The notes under the pieces: generated by a model
The model's input: only the letters and a program-made list of their open reading frames with translations
The model's database searches: none
Told to the model about the DNA's origin: nothing
Part shown: positions 27,973 through 34,459 of the stretch, one piece after another
How the letters are laid out: each line of letters begins with the position of its first letter
Position numbering within the stretch: the stretch's first letter is position 1
Translations under genes and position numbers: made by a program
DNA from: a virus
Strand: one strand, 5' to 3'
IMG/VR virus record: IMGVR_UViG_3300002026_000087
DNA: 36,476 nt

Positions 27973-29190
27973 TTATAACTCCTTGTATGGAATCCGTTTC
28001 CCGTCATTTATTATGTAGGCCTCTTTATTCGAATACTTTTGCCAACGTTCAATTATTACTTGGCAATAATGAGGGTCTATTTCCATTCCAAAGCAGCGAC
28101 GGTTAGTTTTTTCGCAGGCGATGAGAGTTGAACCAGAACCAAGGTAAAGATCGATCACGCTGGAAGGATTATAGTCATTTAAAATATTTGCAAACAGACC
28201 CACTGGCTTTTGTGTTGGGTGGACTCTTTTAGTTAACTCGTCTTTGCGATTGCCTTCTCTAGTCATACCTGCCCATGTAAATTTGTAAACCTTAACCGTT
28301 TTCTTTTCAATGTTTGTCCATGCGATTTCTGCATCTGAAAAATCATTGCCAAACGGAGTATCTTTGTACCAGACCAGCCAATGTGGGGAGGATGGTAATT
28401 TCTCAGAGAAATGGTTCACTCCCCAAATAATTTGTTTATCAGCAATTCCTAAAAGAAATGTCGGATCGAATGGGCGATCATCTCCAATTATGGGTTTATA
28501 GATTCCGCATTTTACTTTCCCGGCAAACCCCACCACCCCTTTCCTATTCCCTCCAATATTCCCGTCTACTTTAACAGCATTCATTCCATAAGGAGGATCG
28601 GTAAACAACATATCCGCTTTCTCCCCTCCCATTAACTTCTCAACATCATCAACCAACGAACTATCCCCACAAAGCAAACGATGAGCTCCTAACTCAATAA
28701 GCATACCTTTTGTTATTATACACTCTGATTCATTTGCAATATCGGGTATCTCGTCTTCGATTAGTTCTTTATTTGGATCAATCTCGGGGAGAATCTCAAT
28801 ATTTAATTCTTCGCTAGTAAAACCCCACTCTAATAAATCACTTTCCTTAAACTCCAAATTCAACTTTTGAAAATCCCACTCTCCAGCAACCGCCTTATTC
28901 ATCAAAATAATAACAGCTTCTTCCTGCTTCGGAGTCAATCCCCTATCCGGTACATACACATCAACACTAGTCACACCCTCTTTCTTCAGCTGCATCCATC
29001 TAGCATGACCACTCAATATAGTCCCATCTAAATTAATGTTAATCGGTTGTGCCATCCCAATGTTGTTAAATGACCTCTCTAGCTCCTCTAGCTTATCATC
29101 TCTGATAATCCTAGGGTTCTTCTCATACGGGATCAATTTATCTATATCCCAGACCTCTGAGTGCCACTGTATTCTTTTAGTCACGATCAT
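27973..29190 (-). CDS. ParB-like-nuclease-domain / DNA (N6-adenine or N4-cytosine) methyltransferase fusion
   Basis: ParB/Srx-type N-terminus (EKNPRII...ILSGHARW). Motif IV is FTDPPYG. Motif I is DLYLGSGST, preceded by HPTQKP; this beta-class order is as expected. Confidence 0.85.
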   Translation of the reverse strand: MIVTKRIQWHSEVWDIDKLIPYEKNPRIIRDDKLEELERSFNNIGMAQPININLDGTILSGHARWMQLKKEGVTSVDVYVPDRGLTPKQEEAVIILMNKAVAGEWDFQKLNLEFKESDLLEWGFTSEELNIEILPEIDPNKELIEDEIPDIANESECIITKGMLIELGAHRLLCGDSSLVDDVEKLMGGEKADMLFTDPPYGMNAVKVDGNIGGNRKGVVGFAGKVKCGIYKPIIGDDRPFDPTFLLGIADKQIIWGVNHFSEKLPSSPHWLVWYKDTPFGNDFSDAEIAWTNIEKKTVKVYKFTWAGMTREGNRKDELTKRVHPTQKPVGLFANILNDYNPSSVIDLYLGSGSTLIACEKTNRRCFGMEIDPHYCQVIIERWQKYSNKEAYIINDGKRIPYKEL

Positions 29191-29314
29191 CCTTTGGAGA
29201 ATTATTTATTTTGATATCTGTCTGAATATCATTTATCAACTGCACCACTTCAATAAATGGCCTAGTAGATAAGTAGGTCATTATCTTTGTCATTACTTCT
29301 TCTGATATGTTCAT
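29177..29314 (-). CDS. 45-aa hypothetical protein (not in the ORF track)
   Basis: Hand translation gives MNISEEVMTKIMTYLSTRPFIEVVQLINDIQTDIKINNSPKDDRD. It has a TAATG overlap with the upstream gene and a 14-nt overlap with the methyltransferase start, filling an otherwise empty 123-nt gap. Confidence 0.4.
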   Translation of the reverse strand: MNISEEVMTKIMTYLSTRPFIEVVQLINDIQTDIKINNSPKDDRD

Positions 29315-29646
29315 TAGACACCCTTTACGAAAGAGTTAACAAATAGAGTAGCCGATCCACCAGTTAAAACACATACGTGCTTCACATATCGATACATAGC
29401 ATCTGCGACTTCATACTCTTTCGCTCCACTAGCATCCGCTATATTTGTAGTTCCGACTTCTATCCAGTAGATTCCATCATTTGATTTATAGGTTTTGAAT
29501 GTACCACCGAGGGTACCACCTACTTTGGTCCACTTACCGTGGATTGAATAACCATAGCAATGTTCGATCACTATAGTAGGGCTTGTATATGTAGCAACGC
29601 CAGCAGCATCTAAAGACACTGTGACGGCCTCAGCATTATTTCTCAT
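29314..29646 (-). CDS. Small beta-rich protein, 110 aa (paralog of 8240..8584)
   Basis: AAGGATGG SD. Sequence pattern is shared with the 114-aa tail-module protein. Confidence 0.6.
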   Translation of the reverse strand: MRNNAEAVTVSLDAAGVATYTSPTIVIEHCYGYSIHGKWTKVGGTLGGTFKTYKSNDGIYWIEVGTTNIADASGAKEYEVADAMYRYVKHVCVLTGGSATLFVNSFVKGV

Positions 29647-29690
29647 TAACCATCCTTAGTTAAAAAGTTACGTTAGCTTTATGATACCAT

Positions 29691-29736
29691 AAAAACGAAA
29701 AGGGGAGTAGAAAGGAATTAATCCCCACTCTCCCCC
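29691..29736 (-). terminator. Rho-independent terminator candidate after the Lys/Ala-rich miniprotein gene
   Basis: The minus strand reads GGGGAG...CTCCCC followed by TTTTCGTTTTT. Confidence 0.5.
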
Positions 29737-29755
29737 TATCAATTACAAACAAAAA

Positions 29756-29878
29756 TTATTTGCTTTTTTTTACAGACTTAACAGCTTTTTTAGGAGCTGC
29801 TTTTGATGATTTAGCTGCTGCTTTTGGAGCTGCTGATTTAGATACTGCTTTTACTGATTTCTTTGGTGCTACGGCCAT
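29756..29878 (-). CDS. 40-aa Lys/Ala-rich, histone-H1-like basic miniprotein (not in the ORF track)
   Basis: Hand translation gives MAVAPKKSVKAVSKSAAPKAAAKSSKAAPKKAVKSVKKSK, with 13 Lys and no acidic residue. A GGGAGG SD lies 4 nt upstream of the ATG, and the gene has its own promoter and terminator candidates. Confidence 0.7.
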   Translation of the reverse strand: MAVAPKKSVKAVSKSAAPKAAAKSSKAAPKKAVKSVKKSK

Positions 29879-29898
29879 AGTGCCTCCCGTGTAAAATT

Positions 29899-29921
29899 AT
29901 TAATATTATGGTAATATTAAT
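29899..29921. promoter_or_regulatory. 10-3-10 perfect palindrome ATTAATATTA-TGG-TAATATTAAT (operator candidate) in a divergent intergenic region
   Basis: Read directly. It overlaps the -10 of the minus-strand promoter candidate. Confidence 0.4.
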
Positions 29922-29942
29922 ATATCAATTAACATATGGCAA
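29914..29942 (-). promoter_or_regulatory. Sigma70-like promoter candidate TTGCCA-17-TAATAT driving the miniprotein gene and the long virion operon
   Basis: On the minus strand, -35 is at 29942-29937 and -10 at 29919-29914. Confidence 0.5.
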
Positions 29943-29958
29943 GCATTGAGGAGCATAA

Positions 29959-30489
29959 ATGTTTAAAGTTAAACTAGAAACTGACGGATTAACTGCGATC
30001 GAACTTGATAAGGTATCACGAGCAGCTGAAAAGATGGAGATGGTCTTTAATAGTCTTGAGTTCAAATTTTGGGTTACCAATTTCTCCTATGAAATAACAA
30101 CCTCAAAAGGATACTTCTGGAATCGTACTTACAAAAAAGAAGAACGTATATGCTTTGATAGTTCTAACGGCCTAACAAACTATCAAGTCTATAACAATTT
30201 AATGAAAGGAGCTGAGTCCTTAGATCCTACAGTTGACGAAGAGGCCGACATCTTCTTAACAGTTGATCGACGTAACAAGTATGGGGTAATCGGATACACT
30301 TACCCTACTACTAAATGGCAGACTATCTATGGTTGGGTTCTTAAACAGTACTCGATAGACTTTATTGCTGGAAATCTTGCACATGAGTGGTGCCATAAGG
30401 CAGGATGGTCTCATAGCTACAATAATACCCCTACTAGACAGTATTCAGTTCCCTACGGCGTAGGGAGTTACGTCGCATCATTTAAATAA
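29959..30489 (+). CDS. Small metzincin-like zinc metallopeptidase, 176 aa
   Basis: AHEWCHKAGWSH matches HExxHxxGxxH. The upstream EEADIFLTV resembles the ADI strand of matrixin-type catalytic domains. A GAGGAG SD is present. There is no signal peptide and no Met after the motif. Confidence 0.6.
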   Translation: MFKVKLETDGLTAIELDKVSRAAEKMEMVFNSLEFKFWVTNFSYEITTSKGYFWNRTYKKEERICFDSSNGLTNYQVYNNLMKGAESLDPTVDEEADIFLTVDRRNKYGVIGYTYPTTKWQTIYGWVLKQYSIDFIAGNLAHEWCHKAGWSHSYNNTPTRQYSVPYGVGSYVASFK

Positions 30490-30492
30490 ACT

Positions 30493-30548
30493 CTCCTGCA
30501 AGTGACTTGATACGCAATTGCAGGAGTTACACGGCAAACGTGCTTTTT
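30493..30548 (+). terminator. Terminator candidate: 9-bp hairpin CTCCTGCAA/TTGCAGGAG, then a short CACG/CGTG hairpin plus T5
   Basis: Arms at 30493-30501 and 30518-30526. The second hairpin spans 30530-30542, followed by CTTTTT. Confidence 0.5.
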
Positions 30549-30564
30549 ACCACTTTGCCATGTA

Positions 30565-30635
30565 ATTATTCCCATTATTCCCGTATATCCCGTATATCCC
30601 GTAAATAATTCCCATTTAATCATAAACAATTCCCC
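30565..30635. repeat. Tandem 9-bp repeats ATTATTCCC x2 and GTATATCCC x2, followed by two longer units each ending in TTCCC(C)
   Basis: Read directly. TCCC recurs at 30570, 30579, 30588, 30597, 30610 and 30632. The tract is intergenic. Confidence 0.85.
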
Positions 30636-30699
30636 TTTAGTCGTAAGTAAATTCATAAACACATCACGTTATATTACGACGTTATGCGAAACAAATATG

Positions 30700-30728
30700 T
30701 TGCATTACATGTCATACGGCGTTATAAT
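30700..30728 (+). promoter_or_regulatory. Near-consensus sigma70 promoter TTGCAT-17-TATAAT
   Basis: -35 at 30700-30705 and -10 at 30723-30728. An AAGGAG SD and ATG 30754 follow. The imperfect palindrome ATTACATGTCAT lies in the spacer. Confidence 0.6.
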
Positions 30729-30753
30729 AGATATATAACAACAAGGAGAATAT

Positions 30754-31296
30754 ATGAAAGACTTAAATGTAACACTTGAAAAACTTATCGCTCTTTATAG
30801 GAAAAACGAGGAAGTAGACGACGAAATCCTGGACTTACTTGAAGAAGTTAAAGCACAGTTGGCCCCCTTATTAAGACAAGCAATAAATGCAGGGGTTTTA
30901 TCTATTGATATCAATCACAAGAAATACCTAAAAGGTAAATATAAAATGGTTTATTTTGATATTGCAGATATATACGACAATGGGAAATTAGTACTTACAA
31001 TAGACTCAGATGAAGACGCTACTATGTATGCTTTAAATAAAGACTTTAAATTTATGATTAAACAAAAAATGCCAACACTATTCGAAACCATCTCTAACCA
31101 ACGCGGATACTTAACTTGGGATGATTTAAGAGCACTTAGTAACTGTATTCCTGACTGCCCGATCATCCTATCTTTTAGAGGTAAAGTTATCATAAAGGTT
31201 CGTTGTTATGCTAAACAGGCCTTTAAATGTATCGAGATAGTAGAGAATACTGGGATTCTTATTTGTAGGGATATCAGTGTTATTAACAAGGAGTAA
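30754..31296 (+). CDS. Hypothetical cytoplasmic protein, 180 aa (first gene of the accessory cassette)
   Basis: Strong promoter and SD. No motif recognised. Confidence 0.65.
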   Translation: MKDLNVTLEKLIALYRKNEEVDDEILDLLEEVKAQLAPLLRQAINAGVLSIDINHKKYLKGKYKMVYFDIADIYDNGKLVLTIDSDEDATMYALNKDFKFMIKQKMPTLFETISNQRGYLTWDDLRALSNCIPDCPIILSFRGKVIIKVRCYAKQAFKCIEIVENTGILICRDISVINKE

Positions 31297-31299
31297 TTT

Positions 31300-31533
31300 A
31301 TGTTTGAACTTATAATTGTAGTGATAATGTTAATTGGCGCATTTTTCTTATTTATATTTATAGGAACATATGCTCAGAATGCTAAATATGCTCAAGAGCA
31401 ACTAGAAAAACAAACCAAATTAATATATGAGATGAAAAGGAGAGCTGAAGTTGCTGAGGAATGTAGACAGAATAAAGCAGAATTTGAAAGAGTTATGAAG
31501 AGATACAGAGAGACAGGAGAATACATTCCATGA
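31300..31533 (+). CDS. Single-pass membrane protein with a coiled-coil tail, 77 aa
   Basis: N-terminal TM ELIIVVIMLIGAFFLFIFIG followed by a K/E/R-rich helix. Confidence 0.6.
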   Translation: MFELIIVVIMLIGAFFLFIFIGTYAQNAKYAQEQLEKQTKLIYEMKRRAEVAEECRQNKAEFERVMKRYRETGEYIP

Positions 31534-31682
31534 AAACATTAACAACAATCTTCTCAATTAGAATCGATCCAACTCTAATCAAAGAATTCAAACTCTATTG
31601 TTTAGTAAACAATACGACCATAACTGCTTGTATAACCAAAATGATAATTAAACTGATAAATACTAGTAAGAGATACCCATAG
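31530..31682 (+). CDS. 50-aa ribbon-helix-helix (CopG/Arc-like) DNA-binding protein (not in the ORF track)
   Basis: Hand translation gives MKTLTTIFSIRIDPTLIKEFKLYCLVNNTTITACITKMIIKLINTSKRYP, with a beta-strand (FSIRID) plus two helices. It has an ATGA overlap with the upstream gene and an AGGAGA SD. Confidence 0.6.
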   Translation: MKTLTTIFSIRIDPTLIKEFKLYCLVNNTTITACITKMIIKLINTSKRYP

Positions 31683-31718
31683 GGCAAGCTATTAGTACCT
31701 CTTACTAGTAAGCTTTTT
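31661..31718 (+). terminator. Rho-independent terminator of the accessory cassette
   Basis: Perfect 12-bp arms TACTAGTAAGAG (31661-31672) and CTCTTACTAGTA (31699-31710), followed by AGCTTTTT. The loop is long (26 nt). Confidence 0.55.
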
Positions 31719-31770
31719 CGAAAACTTTCCAAGAACAGGATATTAGTTTATGACTTTTGGGATTGGTTGT

Positions 31771-31803
31771 AAAGAAAAACCACCGAGGCGCTACTCCCGG
31801 TGG
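31771..31803 (-). terminator. Rho-independent terminator of the leftward early operon
   Basis: The minus strand reads CCACCG-N12-CGGTGG followed by TTTTTCTTT, about 40 nt after the HNH stop. Confidence 0.55.
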
Positions 31804-31842
31804 AAACACTTATAAAGAGTCGCTTTTCATTTAGATATAATA

Positions 31843-32898
31843 TTATGCTTTCAATAGGTTGGAAAGTTTTTCCTCAACATCTTTTATTGATGGAGTTTCT
31901 TTCCATTCACTTGTTTTGTAATATTTGGTATCCATTCTCCACTTTATTTCTTTCTGAAAGTTACATTTTTTGCATAGAACTTGTAGATTTTTTTTATCCC
32001 AAAATTCCGAGTAATTCATTGCTGAATCAAAAACATCTTTTTTTGTATGTTCGGGCTTTACTATTTTCGTAAATTCATCATAAATTATTGAAAATTTAAC
32101 TATATGATCTACTTCTAACCTCCCGCCAACTTTTCCGCATTGTTTGCATGTGTATTTATCTCTCTGCAATATTTCTTTTATTAATTTTTTATTTTTCTCT
32201 GAATCTCTTATCATCGAAGCTATTGTCTTCCTGCCATCTTTATAGTTAGGATTATTATTTGACGAATATCTTACCTTCCTGAAATTTTTTCTACATTCAT
32301 CTGAGCAGCATGTTTTCTTGTGTAGTATGTAGGTATGGAAAATTCCCTCACAATATTTACATTTTACATCTTGATAGTTTTTCTTCCTACATTTCAGACA
32401 TATGCTGTTCTTTGCTCTAACTCTCCCATTTTTAGAAAAGTCATCTCCACATTCGGTGCAAGCATAAATCCTTTCTCTTTTCTCGTATGGGATCTGTTTA
32501 TCTCCAGATATCTTTAATGGTTTTATTTGTTTTGCTTTGTTTTCTTTTAACCTATTTTCTTTTTTTATTAATATACATTTTTGGCAATTAATATTTTTGC
32601 CATAACTAATAAATTTCCCACCACAAGTAGTGCAAACTTTATCCCCTTTGCCTTTATTATTAGATTTATTGGCACATTCATCTGAACAGTATTTTCTTTT
32701 TTTATTATATGACTTATATTCTTTATTGCATCTCAGACATGCTTTAATACCAGCATTTTTAAAGTTAGGATTATTGCTTCCAATTAATATTTGTTGAAAA
32801 TATAACTTTCGGCATTCCATTGAACAACATTTTCTTTTTTCAAAATGAGATGGTTTTGTTTTAAAATTGTTTTCACATATAATACATTTTTTATGCAT
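31843..32898 (-). CDS. HNH endonuclease with five N-terminal CxxC...C(xx/xxx)C zinc-ribbon modules
   Basis: C-terminal CKQCG...LEVDHIVKF...NLQVLCKKCNFQKE is an HNH motif. Modules such as CLRCNKEYKSYNKKRKYCSDEC are repeated. NNPN(F/Y)K motifs are present. Confidence 0.8.
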   Translation of the reverse strand: MHKKCIICENNFKTKPSHFEKRKCCSMECRKLYFQQILIGSNNPNFKNAGIKACLRCNKEYKSYNKKRKYCSDECANKSNNKGKGDKVCTTCGGKFISYGKNINCQKCILIKKENRLKENKAKQIKPLKISGDKQIPYEKRERIYACTECGDDFSKNGRVRAKNSICLKCRKKNYQDVKCKYCEGIFHTYILHKKTCCSDECRKNFRKVRYSSNNNPNYKDGRKTIASMIRDSEKNKKLIKEILQRDKYTCKQCGKVGGRLEVDHIVKFSIIYDEFTKIVKPEHTKKDVFDSAMNYSEFWDKKNLQVLCKKCNFQKEIKWRMDTKYYKTSEWKETPSIKDVEEKLSNLLKA

Positions 32899-33278
32899 TA
32901 ATTTAAGCCTAGTTTTATCTTTACATCTTCAATGGAAGTAGCAACAAACGCTATTCCCCCATTTGCGTTTACTCGATCCATGAAATTCTTCTGATTATCT
33001 GTCAGATTATTACGTCTTGAGGGGACCTTAATTTCTATGCATAAGAGCTTTCCAACTTTACCACTGCTTGTGTATACAGGCAAAATTCCCAGGATGTCAC
33101 AGATACCAGAGATGATGAATGGAGAGTGGGGTTTACGATAGACTCCTAGTTTGGAATCAAAGACCCCTACTGTGTTCTGCTTCCAACAGAAAATATTTAA
33201 GGTAGCTAGATAATGGAGTATAGATGTCTCGATTTGCTTTTCTGTTGACTTTAGAACAGTAGGGGTTTTTGTTTTCAT
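32898..33278 (-). CDS. VRR-NUC family nuclease
   Basis: PD-(D/E)xK pattern GICDILGI...LLCIEIKVP...LTDNQKNFMDRVNANGGIAFV. Confidence 0.8.
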   Translation of the reverse strand: MKTKTPTVLKSTEKQIETSILHYLATLNIFCWKQNTVGVFDSKLGVYRKPHSPFIISGICDILGILPVYTSSGKVGKLLCIEIKVPSRRNNLTDNQKNFMDRVNANGGIAFVATSIEDVKIKLGLN

Positions 33279-33321
33279 AGGGTAATTATGGAACGAAACC
33301 CCTATGAATTCAACTATTTTT

Positions 33322-33510
33322 CTACTTAATATTTCTTTCAGAGCATTCTTTGAAATGACTAATACTCATTTCTTCATTGGGGACATCCATCCACTGCGAA
33401 TCTACATATTGCATGTGATTTAATCGATCAACACAGTCGTTGATCTCTCTTTCACAGGCACTATAATTTATTGCATATGCGCAATAAGTAGCAACTAATA
33501 AACTAAACAT
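33322..33510 (-). CDS. Small Cys-containing protein with a signal-peptide-like N-terminus, 62 aa
   Basis: MFSLLVATYCAYA|IN. No other motif recognised. Confidence 0.45.
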   Translation of the reverse strand: MFSLLVATYCAYAINYSACEREINDCVDRLNHMQYVDSQWMDVPNEEMSISHFKECSERNIK

Positions 33511-33519
33511 AATTACCTC

Positions 33520-33792
33520 CTAATAAGTGTTTTTGTTAATACCTTTACAGCTATCGCAAAGGCGTTTTCCGTTATACGACTTAAATTTAGCGTCACATTT
33601 AAGACATCTTTTGAAGTCTACTACTGCTTCAATTCCTTTATAACTAAACATCTTCTGCCTTTCTTTGAGACATTTCCTACATCTAGGTGTTTCCGATACC
33701 CTTTCTGCTGGATGAAAGAGCGAAACATGTCTTTCTAATAAACAGACAATACATTTTATTTTTTTGATTCCCTTCTTAACGTAAACAGACAT
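33520..33792 (-). CDS. Double zinc-ribbon miniprotein, 90 aa
   Basis: Four CxxC pairs. CLKCDAKFKSYNGKRLCDSC resembles the modules of the HNH protein. Confidence 0.55.
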   Translation of the reverse strand: MSVYVKKGIKKIKCIVCLLERHVSLFHPAERVSETPRCRKCLKERQKMFSYKGIEAVVDFKRCLKCDAKFKSYNGKRLCDSCKGINKNTY

Positions 33793-33950
33793 AAATCCTC
33801 TTCTCCCGCCCAGACTTTATTGATATAGATTATCTCTTCTAATTCTCGTATTTTACTAAATGCGCCTTCGTTAATCATCTTCTCTTTCAGTGCCAGTAAT
33901 TCTTTCAATCGTCCCTTTATAATTACTTGTGCTTCTTCCGCTTCCATCAT
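33756..33950 (-). CDS. Helical hypothetical protein, 64 aa (start uncertain; alternative ATG at 33878)
   Basis: Coiled-coil-like sequence. It overlaps both neighbours. Confidence 0.4.
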   Translation of the reverse strand: MMEAEEAQVIIKGRLKELLALKEKMINEGAFSKIRELEEIIYINKVWAGEEDLCLFTLRRESKK

Positions 33951-34086
33951 CCACCTCGATTATTTTACTTTCTGATTCCCATTGTTCCCGCTTAATACGT
34001 ACTAGTTGATCTAAACAATAAGCACACGCATAAACCCCATCCTCACTCTCCATATAAGAGCCACACTTTATGCATTTTTTCCCCAT
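33871..34086 (-). CDS. Zinc-ribbon miniprotein, 71 aa
   Basis: CIKCGS...CAYC. The C-terminal 26 aa overlap the next ORF and look low-complexity. Confidence 0.45.
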   Translation of the reverse strand: MGKKCIKCGSYMESEDGVYACAYCLDQLVRIKREQWESESKIIEVDDGSGRSTSNYKGTIERITGTEREDD

Positions 34087-34220
34087 TAATACTCCTCTGA
34101 TTCCTTCTGATAAATAGCAAACGCTGCATACAAAATAGCAATTTCTCTTTCAGATAGCTCTTCGAATTCTTCATATAGTGCTGCTCTTAAACAACTAACG
34201 AGTCCCTCATTTTTAATCAT
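34086..34220 (-). CDS. Hypothetical protein, 44 aa (start moved to ATG 34220)
   Basis: ATGA overlap with the stop of the upstream 80-aa gene. The track start at 34277 lies inside that gene. Confidence 0.4.
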   Translation of the reverse strand: MIKNEGLVSCLRAALYEEFEELSEREIAILYAAFAIYQKESEEY

Positions 34221-34459
34221 AATAAGTCCATTGTATTGTAAAGTAACATTGCACTTAGAACTACTTCTATATAGCAATCTCTAGTTACTACAATTGGCAA
34301 ATTTCTACAGATCTCAACCAGATCACACTCTAAGGCCATATCCATCATATCTTCCAACATATCTTCCAATACTTCCTTAGTTATCATTTCTGATCTAGGA
34401 CATCTTCTTTCTAAATAATGTATAAATATTCCTTGAGCACAATTCATCTCAGTTATCAT
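34217..34459 (-). CDS. Acidic hypothetical protein, 80 aa
   Basis: ORF coupled to the ATPase gene by a 4-nt overlap. No motif recognised. Confidence 0.5.
   Translation of the reverse strand: MITEMNCAQGIFIHYLERRCPRSEMITKEVLEDMLEDMMDMALECDLVEICRNLPIVVTRDCYIEVVLSAMLLYNTMDLL

Noticed and set aside
27973-29190. Lysogeny or plasmid-prophage maintenance functions (the ParB domain as a partition protein)
   Set aside because: The ParB-like domain is fused to a methyltransferase. No ParA, parS, integrase or CI-type repressor was found. A temperate lifestyle cannot be supported from the sequence.
30468-30662. Minus-strand 64-aa ORF across the intergenic repeat tract
   Set aside because: Its core (TGYTGYTGIMGII) is just the translated 9-bp repeat. 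It overlaps the 3' end and terminator hairpin of the protease gene and has no SD.
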